NCBI RefSeq assembly: GCF_001194135.2
Contig: NC_068981.1
Span: 7,328,534-7,392,533, forward strand
DNA from: Octopus bimaculoides
Taxonomy: Eukaryota
Direction of reading: 5' to 3'
Length of the DNA stretch: 64,000 nucleotides
The notes under the pieces are model-generated. The model was not told the origin of the DNA. It did not search any database and saw nothing but the letters and a program-made list of their open reading frames with translations. A program made the translations under genes and the position numbers. Positions 1 to 12,162 of the stretch are shown piece after piece. The stretch's first letter is position 1. Each line of letters begins with the position of its first letter.

Positions 1-720
1 TCTTGCTTGGCTTATCAGTTGCTGGACGGATGCTTCAAAACCTCCCTTTTCATCCCATATTCTCTCGTCATTCCATTCATGAAACCTCTTTTATTTCGTT
101 CACTTCTCAGCCAGCATTCTATTACTGTTTTGTTTCCTTCTTTTTCCCATTTCATTCTTTGTCTTTTGCACTTTTGACTGCGATTTTCTTCCTAATCAGC
201 AGCTTGATGACAACCTACCAAATCTCGATCAGATACTCCCTGCCTGCCGTGCACCACAACTTCATTGTTAACAGTTCGAGTCCCGTTAGCGCAGTTGCGG
301 TTATTATTTAATCCTGACATCACTCATTGAGAGGTAGCATTTGTAAGGTTGTGCAATCCCCAGTATTTTTATCGTGACACCATCACTAAGTGGGTTGCTA
401 GCCAAGGCTACGAGAGTCTACACCTACCTCTGTGTACACTGTTTTAAGTGCCAATCTCGTTCAATCCATTGTTTGATATCTTTGTATTTGACATTTTCAC
501 TCCTGAGAATGTTGGTGTTGAGGTGTCTGTAGAGGGGTTACCGGAAAAGGCTGAAGGGATCCCTCCTCTCATGATACAGGCATAATCCCACCAGATGCCG
601 ACCTGGTATTTCTAGGTCTCAGGGTGGCCTTACAGGCACTACATTTTATGCCCAACGGTGACCAGAAGGTAGTTGTACTTAAGAGTAATCTTGTTCTTCC
701 CAGGTCGTGACCGGATGCAG
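1..720 (-). mobile_element. 5' end (UTR plus decayed ORF N-terminus) of an R4/Dong-type non-LTR retrotransposon, running off the window start
   Basis: Minus-strand translation gives KWEKEGNKTVIECWLRSERNKRG and, after a frameshift, IWDEKGGFEASVQQLISQAR. This resembles the N-terminal KW..E.N...(C)Y..S.P..RGYR.RM..IW......EQRL.DQ.R motif I recall from R4/Dong ORFs. The element abuts a (GAA)n array at 721. Confidence 0.7.
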
Positions 721-1187
721 TTCTTCTTCTTCTTCTTCTTCTTCTTCTTCTTCTTCTTCTTCTTCTTCTTCTTCTTCTTCTTCTTCTTCTTCTTCTTCTT
801 CTTCTTCTTCTTCTTCTTCTTCTTNNNNNNNNNNNNNNNNNNNNNNNNNNNNNNNNNNNNNNNNNNNNNNNNNNNNNNNNNNNNNNNNNNNNNNNNNNNN
901 NNNNNNNNNNNNNNNNNNNNNNNNNNNNNNNNNNNNNNNNNNNNNNNNNNNNNNNNNNNNNNNNNNNNNNNNNNNNNNNNNNNNNNNNNNNNNNNNNNNN
1001 NNNNNNNNNNNNNNNNNNNNNNNNNNNNNNNNNNNNNNNNNNNNNNNNNNNNNNNNNNNNNNNNNNNNNNNNNNNNNNNNNNNNNNNNNNNNNNNNNNNN
1101 NNNNNNNNNNNNNNNNNNNNNNNNNNNNNNNNNNNNNNNNNNNNNNNNNNNNNNNNNNNNNNNNNNNNNNNNATAATAATAATAATG

Positions 1188-1272
<85 letters not shown>

Positions 1273-1287
1273 ATAGTAGTAGTAGTA
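721..1287. repeat. (TTC)n array, N-gap, then (AAT)n and (AGT)n arrays
   Basis: Directly visible: TTC 721-824, gap, AAT from about 1173, AGT to about 1287. Confidence 0.98.
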
Positions 1288-2044
1288 AAATCATTATTTT
1301 TATAATTAATCCTTTAAAATGTCTCTGACATTAGCCTGGGACACGTACTCTGTGTGAAATGCCCAGAAAGCAGACCGAAGGCAAGAAATCAATATTAACT
1401 CTGAACACCACATGGTTAAGGCTTCACACTTTGGCACCGGACGACAATCAATGAAAATGGTAAAAAAAACAAACAAACAAACAGAAACAAACAAACAAAG
1501 AAAAAGGAAAACTCCAAGTCAATAAAAGATTATTTTAACATTATCACGACTTCCGGATTCTCAGGTTGAGCTTGTTTGCATTGAAATCCCCTGCTTTGGG
1601 TCAGATTTCAATTGAATTTTCAGGATAACTGTTTTACAAAATGTTTAAATCATGGCGGCGGAACAGCGTTGTCTTGCGGTTGGAAAAGATAAACAACGTG
1701 TCTAAGAATAATGATTAGTTCTCCATCTACCTAACCAGAGAATTGGTGTGCTTCTTTTCTACCAATATTTCCTGCTGTTTTGCGGGTTGCATACTTTACA
1801 CCTTTGAAAATTAACATTGACAACATAACTTGTTGTTGTTGTTATTGTTGCTGTCTGTTTTGTTGTTGTTGTTCTTAAAAACATTTTTTGACAGACAAAA
1901 TGTTTGGCAGTATGAGCTACTTTTTTTTATGTTTTGACCACCAAAGCATAAGTACCAGTCATATACTTGTCTCAATTTCTTTGAGAGTGCATTTTCATGA
2001 AATTTGTTTCATCAGTGCTAATAATAATAATAATAATAATAATA

Positions 2045-2280
2045 ATGGGAACTGCCCATATCCTACGTAAAATACTGTTTATGTGATCTCAAATTTTAAA
2101 ACAAACACATAATTTTCTTATGGTTTCTTAAACATTCTCTAGAACAACACTATGTACAAATCCAAATATATGGTACCCTAGGCATAACACCTACATGAAC
2201 TTCTAACTTGTTGTCTCTTGAGGTCTCTGGGTGAGACTTGGATCCAACTTGTACAATTGCAAAACAAGAGTCAAACATAA

Positions 2281-2355
<75 letters not shown>
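2045..2355 (+). mobile_element. 5'-truncated R4/Dong-type LINE 3' fragment with (AAT)n tail
   Basis: Last codons MGTAHILRKILFM* (2045-2086) match the C-terminus of restriction-like-endonuclease (RLE) LINE ORFs. A 3' UTR follows, then (AAT)n at 2281-2355. The fragment starts inside an (AAT)n run. Confidence 0.75.
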
Positions 2356-2356
<1 letters not shown>

Positions 2357-2357
<1 letters not shown>

Positions 2358-2605
2358 TAGTGCCCTGGAAATGATCAAGAAAGGTGCTGACAATTTTTTT
2401 GACCATATCTCTGAGAAACCAACAATCTGTGAGATTCAAAGAATTGTGTTGACATCAACCACCCACATTCTTAGGAAGTTTCTCTGTCTAATATATATGT
2501 GCCTTACTTAGGTGACTGGTTGAAACCCGGTCAGAAGATGAAATAAAATGCAAATCAATCGGAAAATGATGATGATGATGATAGTAATAATAATAATGAT
2601 GATGA
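2357..2605 (+). mobile_element. Second, different R4/Dong-type LINE 3' fragment with (GAT)n/(AAT)n tail
   Basis: ALEMIKKGADNFFDHISEKPTICEIQRIVLTSTTHILRKFL from 2362 matches the GALG.I.K.....L..IPG.PS..EIQKIVL..TAHILRK C-terminus. Its 3' UTR differs from the previous fragment. Confidence 0.75.
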
Positions 2606-3149
2606 TTACAACAAGGAAAGTGCTGCCCTTGTTGTTCTTGATGGTAATTTGCCATTGCTGTAATCGGTTTTAATGTAATTCATAAAAGTTTTGTTATTTC
2701 CTCTCAATATTGTTTCCCTAATTCTCTTTGTTCTTAACCATCTCTCCTCATCATACACCATTTTCTTTTTCTGGCAAAGAACTACCGACCGAAACGTCTA
2801 ACTCCTTACATTCCCTCACATCATAATACATCGACTTATGACTCTCCTAATTCTTTCTAATTGTTTTGTTTCTCTGGTTGTAGTTCTTTTTTTTCTCTCT
2901 TATCGATTTGATCCATAAAATGTGATCCCTGGATCACATTTCAGGGGGATTTCTCCACTCCTTCAGGCAAATCTATTCACTGCTACCCTTATTTCTATAA
3001 ATTCTTCTGATGTTCGCACACGTTGAACCGTAGTATAATTACTGGTACGGTCTTTGTTGTTGTTATTTCCGTAGCTAGAGTTGTTTTTGTAGTTATTGTT
3101 TACTTGTTACTGTTATTGTTGTTTTGCTGCCACCGTAGTTGAGGTTGTT

Positions 3150-3415
3150 GTTATTTTTCTTTAGCCCCAGGTCAACCTTAATCCAGTTGACCTATGATCA
3201 AAGCCTAAAATTATTTGCGTCTTCATCTTCTTGTTCTTTATTCAAGGAAACTTGTAAGAAGTAATTTCTATTTCAAGAGTCTCACTTTATTCAAGTGGAT
3301 GAAAGGTCAAGTCCGAATCCGTAGGATTTGAATTGAGGATCTATATAGCCGGAAGAAATGCCGCTAAGCATTTTGTCCGACACGTTCACAATTATGCCAA
3401 CTTCCAGCTTTAATG
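3150..3415 (-). mobile_element. Old degenerate tRNA-derived SINE (family A-like head)
   Basis: Decayed match to the family A head: GGATTTGAA...GAAATGCCGCTAAGCATTTTGTCCGAC. Confidence 0.5.
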
Positions 3416-3433
3416 ATGGTGATGACGATCATG

Positions 3434-3435
<2 letters not shown>

Positions 3436-3523
<88 letters not shown>

Positions 3524-3857
3524 TTTTACTTCTCAGAGCTCTCGGTCTTACTTGCTCTGGTTGATTCTGTGAGAGTGGACAGCAACCTGTTGTCAGAAGT
3601 CTCAAAGGGTCTCTTTCCGCAAATTATAAGCTTTGGTACTTCGATGTAAACTTATTGTGGAAGAGTGTCAACACCCAAGTAACATTGTCCAAATCCTAGC
3701 TGTCCCCCAATAGGACAATTTTGGGGGACCTGCTCTGCCTTCATGTCAATTCTAATTTCTCTGACATATTTCTCGAACTTGGTTGTCAGTTCTCCGAGTG
3801 CCCCTACAAGTACGGGAGATAACAGTTACTCTCCTCATTTCCCACATTCTTGCAATT

Positions 3858-3905
<48 letters not shown>
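3436..3905 (-). mobile_element. R4/Dong-type LINE 3' fragment (3524-3860) flanked on both sides by (AAT)n
   Basis: Minus strand reads EIARMWEMRRVTVI, then GALGELTTKFEKYVREIRIDMKAEQV and ARIWTMLLGC* with frameshifts, which is the RLE C-terminus. Confidence 0.75.
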
Positions 3906-3972
3906 GTTAAGAGATTAAGCTGAGCTTTGTCTCGCTTAGAAAGGATTTGTTGGATTTAAAACAACATGTATG

Positions 3973-4004
<32 letters not shown>

Positions 4005-4544
4005 TGTATGTATGCATGTATGTATTTATGTATGTATGTGTGTGTATGTGGGGGGGGGGCACACGCTTCGGTATATATATACATATGAGGGTGTGCATCT
4101 TTTGTGACAGGGATTATTCGTTTGGCGTTTGTGTTTGCTATTTATTCTTTGTTGTTTTTTACCACATCTAACATATAAAGAACCAATTAGAAGTTTGTTT
4201 AGATAGAGAAGCTAGGAACGCATTTCGGATTTTACTTTCGCCATTGGCAATATTGTAAAAATATCGATCATAAATTTCCACTAATCGTTAGTAATGGAAG
4301 TGACTGTCTGGCACGTAACGTCCTCTCAATGGAAGAATTAAAATGTCTGAATTCACCCTTTCTCTATTTTAGTCGACGTAAGACGAAAATGGTGGACAAA
4401 AAAAAAGAAAGAAAGAAAACGAAGCAATATGTCGCTGTTAAAACACACGTACCTAATAAAAGCAGATGTATATATGTATATATGTATGATTGTGTATATA
4501 TATGTACACATATATATACATGCACGTATATGTAAACATACATG

Positions 4545-4636
<92 letters not shown>

Positions 4637-6637
4637 CATGCATATGTGTATATATATTTATTACATACATTTGTGTGTATATATATGCGTGTTTGTGTGT
4701 GTGCGTGCGCGTGCGTGTTTATTTTTGCTTAGTTCTCTATTTTGTCGAGGAGGAAATTGCAATTCTAAAGTCCATGCCGTTTCCCAAGAGCATCAGCAGC
4801 ATAATTGAGAAGAATTAATTTCAGTTGGTAATTGAAACCGGCTTCACGGTGTCAGTTTAACGAGATCTCTCCACTTTATAGAGGAAGATACTGCCTTAGT
4901 TGTTGCTGTTGTTGTTGTTGTTGTTGAGCCCATGTCAGAACTTATCGCGTATGCTTTTCCTAACCTTGCCACGCCGTCATTTTTTTCTTTTTGCATTCAA
5001 GAGCATGTTAATGTATGTTAATTTATGTGTGTGCGTCTGAGTTTCTTTTTGTGAAGTAGAAGTGATACACAACAGGATTTGATGCTTTTTTCTAGCAGTT
5101 CGAATGCTCGCCTAGAATCTCTCTTATTGGCTCTTTATTCTTGTTGTTGTAGTAATATTTAGCCCCAACCATGGCTAAATTGTCTTTTTACTCATCTGGG
5201 ACTACAAAAACAGACATGTCCTTTCTTTTTGAAGTCAGTGAGTTGATAGTGGAGGGAGAATTAGCTGCAATTTCTAGCTGATCACCCTGTTAGTTTTGCA
5301 TTAGTGGTGTTATTGCTCCATATGGCGCTGTTGTAAGAAAGATATTGTTGATAATATTCTAGGTGTGTTTGATCCATATGTTATTGTGGAAGGGTCCCCA
5401 TTGTTCTTAATATACTTACTGAGTCCTTCTGCTCCTTGTCGAGCTTTACTTGCTCTCGGCTCTGGGATGTCATTTTCTGCATCTCTGCTGTTAAACCCTG
5501 CTTGCCCAGCTCTGCCCCTGTATCCTGCCATCCCCGAGGGAAAGCCTTCATCTCCCGGTTTTTGTTGGTTTTCGATTGTCATCGAGGTTACTGTAACTTT
5601 GCCTTTTGTCTATGTAAGGGTGTTGGTCCTACTGAAACCATTTTTTATATCTGAGAAGAAGTGGTCCCTATTAGCCTGGCATCTGCTCTTTGACCTATTA
5701 GCCTGGCCTCTGCCCTTTGACCTATTAGCCTGGCCTCTGCCCTTTGACCTGTTTAGCATGAAAGGCCGTACGAGGGGCTTGCGCTCCGCTGCCTTATTTC
5801 TCAAGGTCATCGAGACATACGAATCACCACGCAGCAACAAATTTGGGCCCTGTACACGATATTAATGATATGCTGGGATTATATTTACACCTTTATTCTG
5901 TCGTCGTTTCGTAATGAGGAATATGCTGATTGCAATATTGCCTCTTCAGTTTGGCACAATGGCACAGATTCAGGGTAGGGAACTGATATGACCATCTCCA
6001 CTGGTCGGCTTGTTACTCTATATTGTCACTTACTATGGTGAAAGACAATGTTAACCAGAACAAGGTTCTAACTCTCAATATATAAGAAATATATCAAAAT
6101 ACACAAGGTATATTTTTATGATGCTCAACCTATTCTACCGAATGCATCGCTCTTTCAGTACAACGAATGAACCGTTTTCATGCATCAGTAAAGTAATAAG
6201 TTGTTGTTTTTTTTTAAATCATTATTCGCCATTTTATTGTTTCCATCTTGAATTCTGATAAAGTTATTTCATTTTGCCGATAAATCATTAATAGATTAAG
6301 TTTCGATCACATGGGGGAAATAAATTTCAGCTTTATCAACCAAATTCTATTGTGAGAGAGGAAAATGATTTATAAGAATGACAAAACTGACTTGCTACCT
6401 TCTCAGCGTTTCATCATCTTATATTTATTCCTGAATTCTATGAGTGGCCATTCTATGTTGTATCTCAGAAAACAGGGAAAAACAAAGACAAGTCTTAAAA
6501 GAGATAGAAATACAGAACTGCTATGATGTATATCGAAAGTTTCTTTAGAACGTCTGCTGCTGCTGCTGCTTCTGGGGTGAAAAAAGTCATTCATGAAACA
6601 TCAGCAATATTTTAGAAGTGAAATTTTTAGAAATATT

Positions 6638-6781
6638 GGCGCTGGGCGCTTAAGAAGCTCGCTTTGCAAAGAGGAGAATTTCTGGTTCGGTCCCACAGCA
6701 CAGCACGTGTCTTCTACTATAGCCTCGGTTCGAATGTCTTGTGACTGAATTTGATAAAGGAAACTATGTGGAAGCCTGTCG

Positions 6782-6814
<33 letters not shown>

Positions 6815-7350
6815 ATGTGTGTATGAGTGTGTGTGTATCTATGTGTGTGTATGAGTGTGTTATCTCTTTGCTACCCACAAGGGGCTACACACAGAGGGGA
6901 CATACAAGGACAGACAAACGAATTAAGTCGATTATATTGACCCCATTGCGTAACTGGTACTTATTTAACCGATCCCGAAAGGATGAAAGGCAAAGTCGAC
7001 CCCGGCGGAATTTGAACCCAGAACATAGCGGCAGACGAAATACCGCTGAGCATTTCGCCCGGCGTGCTAACGTTTCTGCCAACTCGCCGCCTTATGTGTG
7101 TGTATGAGTGTGTGAATCTATGTGTGTGTATGAGTGTGTGTATCTATGAGTGTGTGTGTATGTGTGCCTTTATGCCTATGCTTGTCCCTCCCATCACAAC
7201 CACCTGACAACCGGTATTGTTTTGTTTACGTCGTCCAGAAAAGAGACCGATAGAACAATTAGTACTGGGGTTGATCTGATCAAATAAAACTCTGCAATCC
7301 ATGGACGACGCAATCCAATGACTGAAACAAGAAGACGATAAAAGATAATA
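6638..7350 (+). mobile_element. Degenerate SINE family B (tRNA head, CORE-like block, internal (TA)/(TG) microsatellite, 3' half), interrupted by a nested SINE
   Basis: 5' half GTGTCTTCTACTATAGCCTCGG...GGAAAC..GAAGCCTGTCG; 3' half AAAAGAGACCGATAGAA...AATGACTGAAACAAG. It matches the better-preserved copies at 22863, 36333 and 60772. Confidence 0.75.
6861..7092 (-). mobile_element. SINE family A (GGCGGCGAG..GGCAGAA head), full length, with 21-bp target-site duplication
   Basis: Head plus central GCCTTTCATCCTTTCGGG.TCG.T.AA.TAAGTACCAG block. Flanked by tatgtgtgtgtatgagtgtgt at 6840-6860 and 7093-7113. Confidence 0.9.
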
Positions 7351-8726
7351 GAAGCCTGAAATCAGACCCAAACATCCACAATGCCCCACGTAGTCAACAT
7401 GTGCCAATCCTAGTTATGGTTCTTACAATGATATTGAACTGATTTCAGTAACATAGACTGGGATTCAGAAACAACGGCGTACCAAACCGAAATTAAGTTA
7501 TAGTAAACATTAAGCAAATTATGGATTACGGGCGCTGTCCCGCCTTCTCAGGTGTAACTGAAAGACAGCCACCATTTCACTGGTTGCATAACACGTATTC
7601 CTGTGTCTCAGTATTTGTTTCTATGTAAATATAGTTTCTATGAACACACTCTGCCTTGTAGATATGGCTACAATACAGCTATATTTTATGTTTAAAACCT
7701 CCAATTGTCACGATTAAACGTTCAGAAAATAGATTCAAATATATATTTCGCCTTAAATGTTAATTGGATTTCAGAACGCTCCGACACGAAAACAATTTTC
7801 TCATTTTCTCGGCTGTAAAAATTCATATCAAGTATTATTGCTTAGAAAGTCATTTCCCTATCATGATAACAAAACAAATTGCTTTACAGCTTCTTCTTTT
7901 CTTCCTAGATTATTTTATCTTTTGTTTTAGTTTTCATATCACAAATATAGACTTTCTCTTTCTATCTACTTTTTAATAGTGATTATACCGCAAATTGCTC
8001 TCTTCTTCCGAATCTATGTTTTCACTTGTAAAACTTTAATTAGATATTACGGAGTTTTCAGAATTAAAGCGAGTTGGAATGAAACGTGCTTCTTGTTTTG
8101 CAATATTGCTCCAGTGTTCTTTATTTTCCACTGGACTATTTGCTTTGGTGGTTATTGGCAATTCCAAAATCACAACCATTCTATATTCTATAAATATGTT
8201 ATACAAGGCTAACTCAATGCGTTATCTGTAAATCCTGTTAAAGCTATATCATATATATGTATATATATATATATATANNNNNNNNNNNNNNNNNNNNNNN
8301 NNNNNNNNNNNNNNNNNNNNNNNNNNNNNNNNNNNNNNNNNNNNNNNNNNNNNNNNNNNNNNNNNNNNNNNNNNNNNNNNNNNNNNNNNNNNNNNNNNNN
8401 NNNNNNNNNNNNNNNNNNNNNNNNNNNNNNNNNNNNNNNNNNNNNNNNNNNNNNNNNNNNNNNNNNNNNNNNNNNNNNNNNNNNNNNNNNNNNNNNNNNN
8501 NNNNNNNNNNNNNNNNNNNNNNNNNNNNNNNNNNNNNNNNNNNNNNNNNNNNNNNNNNNNNNNNNNNNNNNNNNNNNNNNNNNNNNNNNNNNNNNNNNNN
8601 NNNNNNNNNNNNNNNNNNNNNNNNNNNNNNNNNNNNNNNNNNNNNNNNNNNNNNNNNNNNNNNNNNNNNNNNNNNNNNNNNNNNNNNNNNNNNNNNNNNN
8701 NNNNNNNNNNNNNNNNNNNNNNNNNN

Positions 8727-8796
<70 letters not shown>

Positions 8797-8905
8797 GTAT
8801 GTATACTGCTATAACAATATCTCACACATATACGCGCACACACAGACACGTACATACATGCACGCATTCACACATACATATGTATACAGAAAGAGAAAGA
8901 GAGAG

Positions 8906-8960
<55 letters not shown>

Positions 8961-9627
8961 TGAGAGAAAGGGAGAGAAGAGAGAGAAGAGCGAGAAAGAG
9001 AGAGAAAGATGGCTACATTATGTGCAAAATATTTCTAATTTTAAGGTTTGGCATGGCAGATAATTCTGCAAAATTTGACAAAAGGTGTAGAATTGTGTTA
9101 TAAAATAAGATTATCTATTTTGGGAAGCGCCGAGATTAGAAATCTGATTTAGATTTTTGTCTATCATCTTAAGAAATCGAGGAAATCTATGTAGATGTCA
9201 GTCTTCATCTTTGAGACTGATTTAGAAAATTAGAAAATAAACATTCTAATATCTTCTGCTAATGACAAATATGTTGAGAATTTCAACTCCTAAAAAATAT
9301 TGTCCAAAACAAGAAATGATTTCTGAGTAGATTATTATTAAATGATGTACAACGAATATCTTTTATAATTTGCACACTTGAAACAACCTTATATAAAATT
9401 ACCGGTGTGTATAACAGCATAACTGTATAACATTTAAAATGTGTATATAAATCGTAGAATAACACAAATTGTGATATTCTCTCTCAGAGAAACATCTCAA
9501 AGAGACTTTCAGAACAAGCATTGTCAGCTTAACTCAGAATGTCCGAGTTATTCGTCAATGNNNNNNNNNNCCCTCCCCAAAGATTTAGGCCTTGTGCCTA
9601 GAGTAGAAAAGAATATTATTTTATTCA

Positions 9628-9785
9628 TTTAGGTTTACATGCTTACACTTCTATCGCCTTCAAAGTATTCTCCATTTGAAGCAATGCATCGATCCAGACA
9701 CATTTTCCACTGTTCGAAGTAGAGCTGGAACTCTTGTAAAGTGATGCCTTTTAATACCTCTGTCACTTTTTCTTCACCACTTTCA
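9628..9785 (-). mobile_element. Mariner transposase C-terminal remnant
   Basis: VTEVLKGITLQEFQLYFEQWKMCLDRCIASNGEYFEG matches the typical mariner end (..F..W..RW.KCI...GEYFEG). Confidence 0.8.
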
Positions 9786-9789
9786 CATC

Positions 9790-9884
9790 TGCAAGTGTCT
9801 TTTATTGTAGCCTCGGGCCGACCAAAGCCTTGTGAGTGGATTTGGTAGACGGAAACTGAAAGAAGCCCGTCGTATATATGTATG

Positions 9885-9917
<33 letters not shown>

Positions 9918-10404
9918 NNNNNNNNNNNNNNNNNNNNNNNNNNNNNNNNNNNNNNNNNNNNNNNNNNNNNNNNNNNNNNNNNNNNNNNNNNNNNNNNNNN
10001 NNNNNNNNNNNNNNNNNNNNNNNNNNNNNNNNNNNNNNNNNNNNNNNNNNNNNNNNNNNNNNNNNNNNNNNNNNNNNNNNNNNNNNNNNNNNNNNNNNNN
10101 NNNNNNNNNNNNNNNNNNNNNNNNNNNNNNNNNNNNNNNNNNNNNNNNNNNNNNNNNNNNNNNNNNNNNNNNNNNNNNNNNNNNNNNNNNNNNNNNNNNN
10201 NNNNNNNNNNNNNNNNNNNNNNNNNNNNNNNNNNNNNNNNGTGTATTTACGTCCCCGTAACTTACTGATTCGGCAAAAGAGTGACCGATAGAATAAGTAC
10301 TAGGCTTACAAAAAAAAAGTCCTGGGATCGATTTCTTCGATCCCAGCCCTTTAAGGCGATGCTCCAGCATGGCCACACTCAAATGACTGAAAAAAGTAAA
10401 ATAA
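9790..10404 (+). mobile_element. SINE family B spanning an assembly gap
   Basis: AGCCTCGGGCCGACCAAAGCCTTGTGAGTGGATTTGGTAGACGGAAACTGAAAGAAGCCCGTCG before the gap and GCTCCAGCATGGCC...AAATGACTGAAA after it. Confidence 0.9.
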
Positions 10405-10409
10405 TAGGT

Positions 10410-10735
10410 GAAGGCGCGTGGCTCAGAGGTTAAGCTTTTCGGCTCATGATCGTAAAGTCATGAGTTCGATTCTCAGAGGCGCATTGTGTCCTTCAGCAAG
10501 ACACTTTATTTTCACGTTGCCCCAGTCCACTCAGCTGGCAACAATGAGTGGTACCTGTAATTTCAAAGAGCCAATCTTGTCACAGTCTGCGTCACGCCGA
10601 ATCTCCCTGAGAACTACATTGACAGTACACGTTTCTGTGGAGTACTCAGCCTCTTGGATGTTAATTTCACGAGTAGGCTCTTTTGCTGATCGGATCAACT
10701 GGAACACTGGGCGTCGTAACTGACGGAGGAAGAGG
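10410..10735 (+). mobile_element. SINE family C (tRNA-like head, CORE-like block)
   Basis: A-box TGGCTCAGAGG, B-box GTTCGATTCTC, TGTGTCCTT.AGCAAGACACTT, and a 3' part shared with the copies at 25735 and 45085. Confidence 0.85.
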
Positions 10736-12162
10736 GATAGAAGAGGGATGGAACCATGTTTCACCGAAACAAAAAGGAAACCAACTATGGAACCTTTATG
10801 TGATCAAGCTACCTGCTAGAAATAGCAGCCAAATACTCTCTCATTATACGTTACTGTCTTTGGTAAAAATGAAGGAGATATTGGAAGAGGTTGACCTTAA
10901 CGAATTGCGCTCGATAAAATTAGTGAGTGGTTGGCTAATGTTGAGTGTCTTTGATGATAGGGTTCCCGATTTAACGATAACACGAAACTTAAAGCCATAA
11001 CAACATTCGACCTGCTAGAAATTGCTACTAAATCTTAATTCCGTCTTTAAAGAAGGACAAATTGAATATAATAATTATGTTTACTATATTTTCAGATATA
11101 GTAAATATAACTACTATATCGGAAAATAATTTTTTTTAAAAAAAGGGACGGGATGGTTACATGTGGAATGTCTTAGATCATAGGTCTGCTTGATCAAGGC
11201 CGACCTGGGTTCTAACCAGAAAAAGAAGCCAAAGAATAACAGCAGCAACAACAACAATTACAACACAATGAAGCACTGTTAATGTTTTATCAGTGAGGAT
11301 GTTGTATAAAAGATGAAAAAAGATTTTGGAAATGAAACGCAACAACAACAACAACAACAAAGCAGAAACATAAACAATTAACAATCTGATTAAAAGTTAA
11401 AATTTCTGAAATAACTATTTCTAGTTTTTAAATTCCAATTATTTCAAATTTGTTTAGTTTTATATCTAAAACGTTTTCTATTTAACGGCCTCTGTTTCTT
11501 TCCTTCTTATCAACTAATTTACAACCTTTACCCAGTATGGTATTTCTTAGGCATCAGTAAAGGGTAAACACAGAATGGAATATCTTCTTTCGATGGAAAC
11601 TAATTCTACACCGTAGACACGTAGAATTCCTTATCATTTCGTTACGATTTATTGTTGGTTTCCTACCGCAAAGATTATCAAAAATCTGTTGAAAAGATTT
11701 ATCTAATTTTCCAGACAGTTTATCAGAGAAACTGCAACATATTCGAAAGTATCCCTGCTATCGTTAAACAGTTGCGTCTGGTTGTTTCTTCTAAGGAAAT
11801 ACTGTTCCCAGTTTACCTTAAAGAAACCTTCTTCGACTGGCATTCCCACATAACCATCAGATCTGATAATAGACGAAGAATATGGAAGTCTATATCTAGA
11901 AAAGCGTTGCGTTGATAGACTCATGTAGGCTTCGGGTAAAATCTCGCTGCCATATTTATTTCTGTATTTTAGGTTCTGTGTTGAATTCCCATCAAAGTCT
12001 ACTTTGCTTTCCATTCTTCCGGATTCGATAAAATGAAGTATCAATCGAGTACTGGCACTTTAGTTTATGTACCAACTCCGAACCCATCCTAGCAACCTGT
12101 GGTTATAATTCTAGGTTAGGAAAGAGCTGTAGATGTTACACTTATTTGTGCAACGAGCAAAT

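Noticed and set aside
2760-2810. CCGAAACGTC, a hammerhead-like 3' half
   Set aside because: No recognisable CUGAnGA half or stems; at most a very old PLE end.
2918-2941. Perfect palindrome AAATGTGATCC-CT-GGATCACATTT resembling the bacterial CRP consensus
   Set aside because: The spacing is 2 bp longer than a CRP site and the context is animal nuclear repeat DNA, so it is treated as a chance or repeat-borne hairpin.
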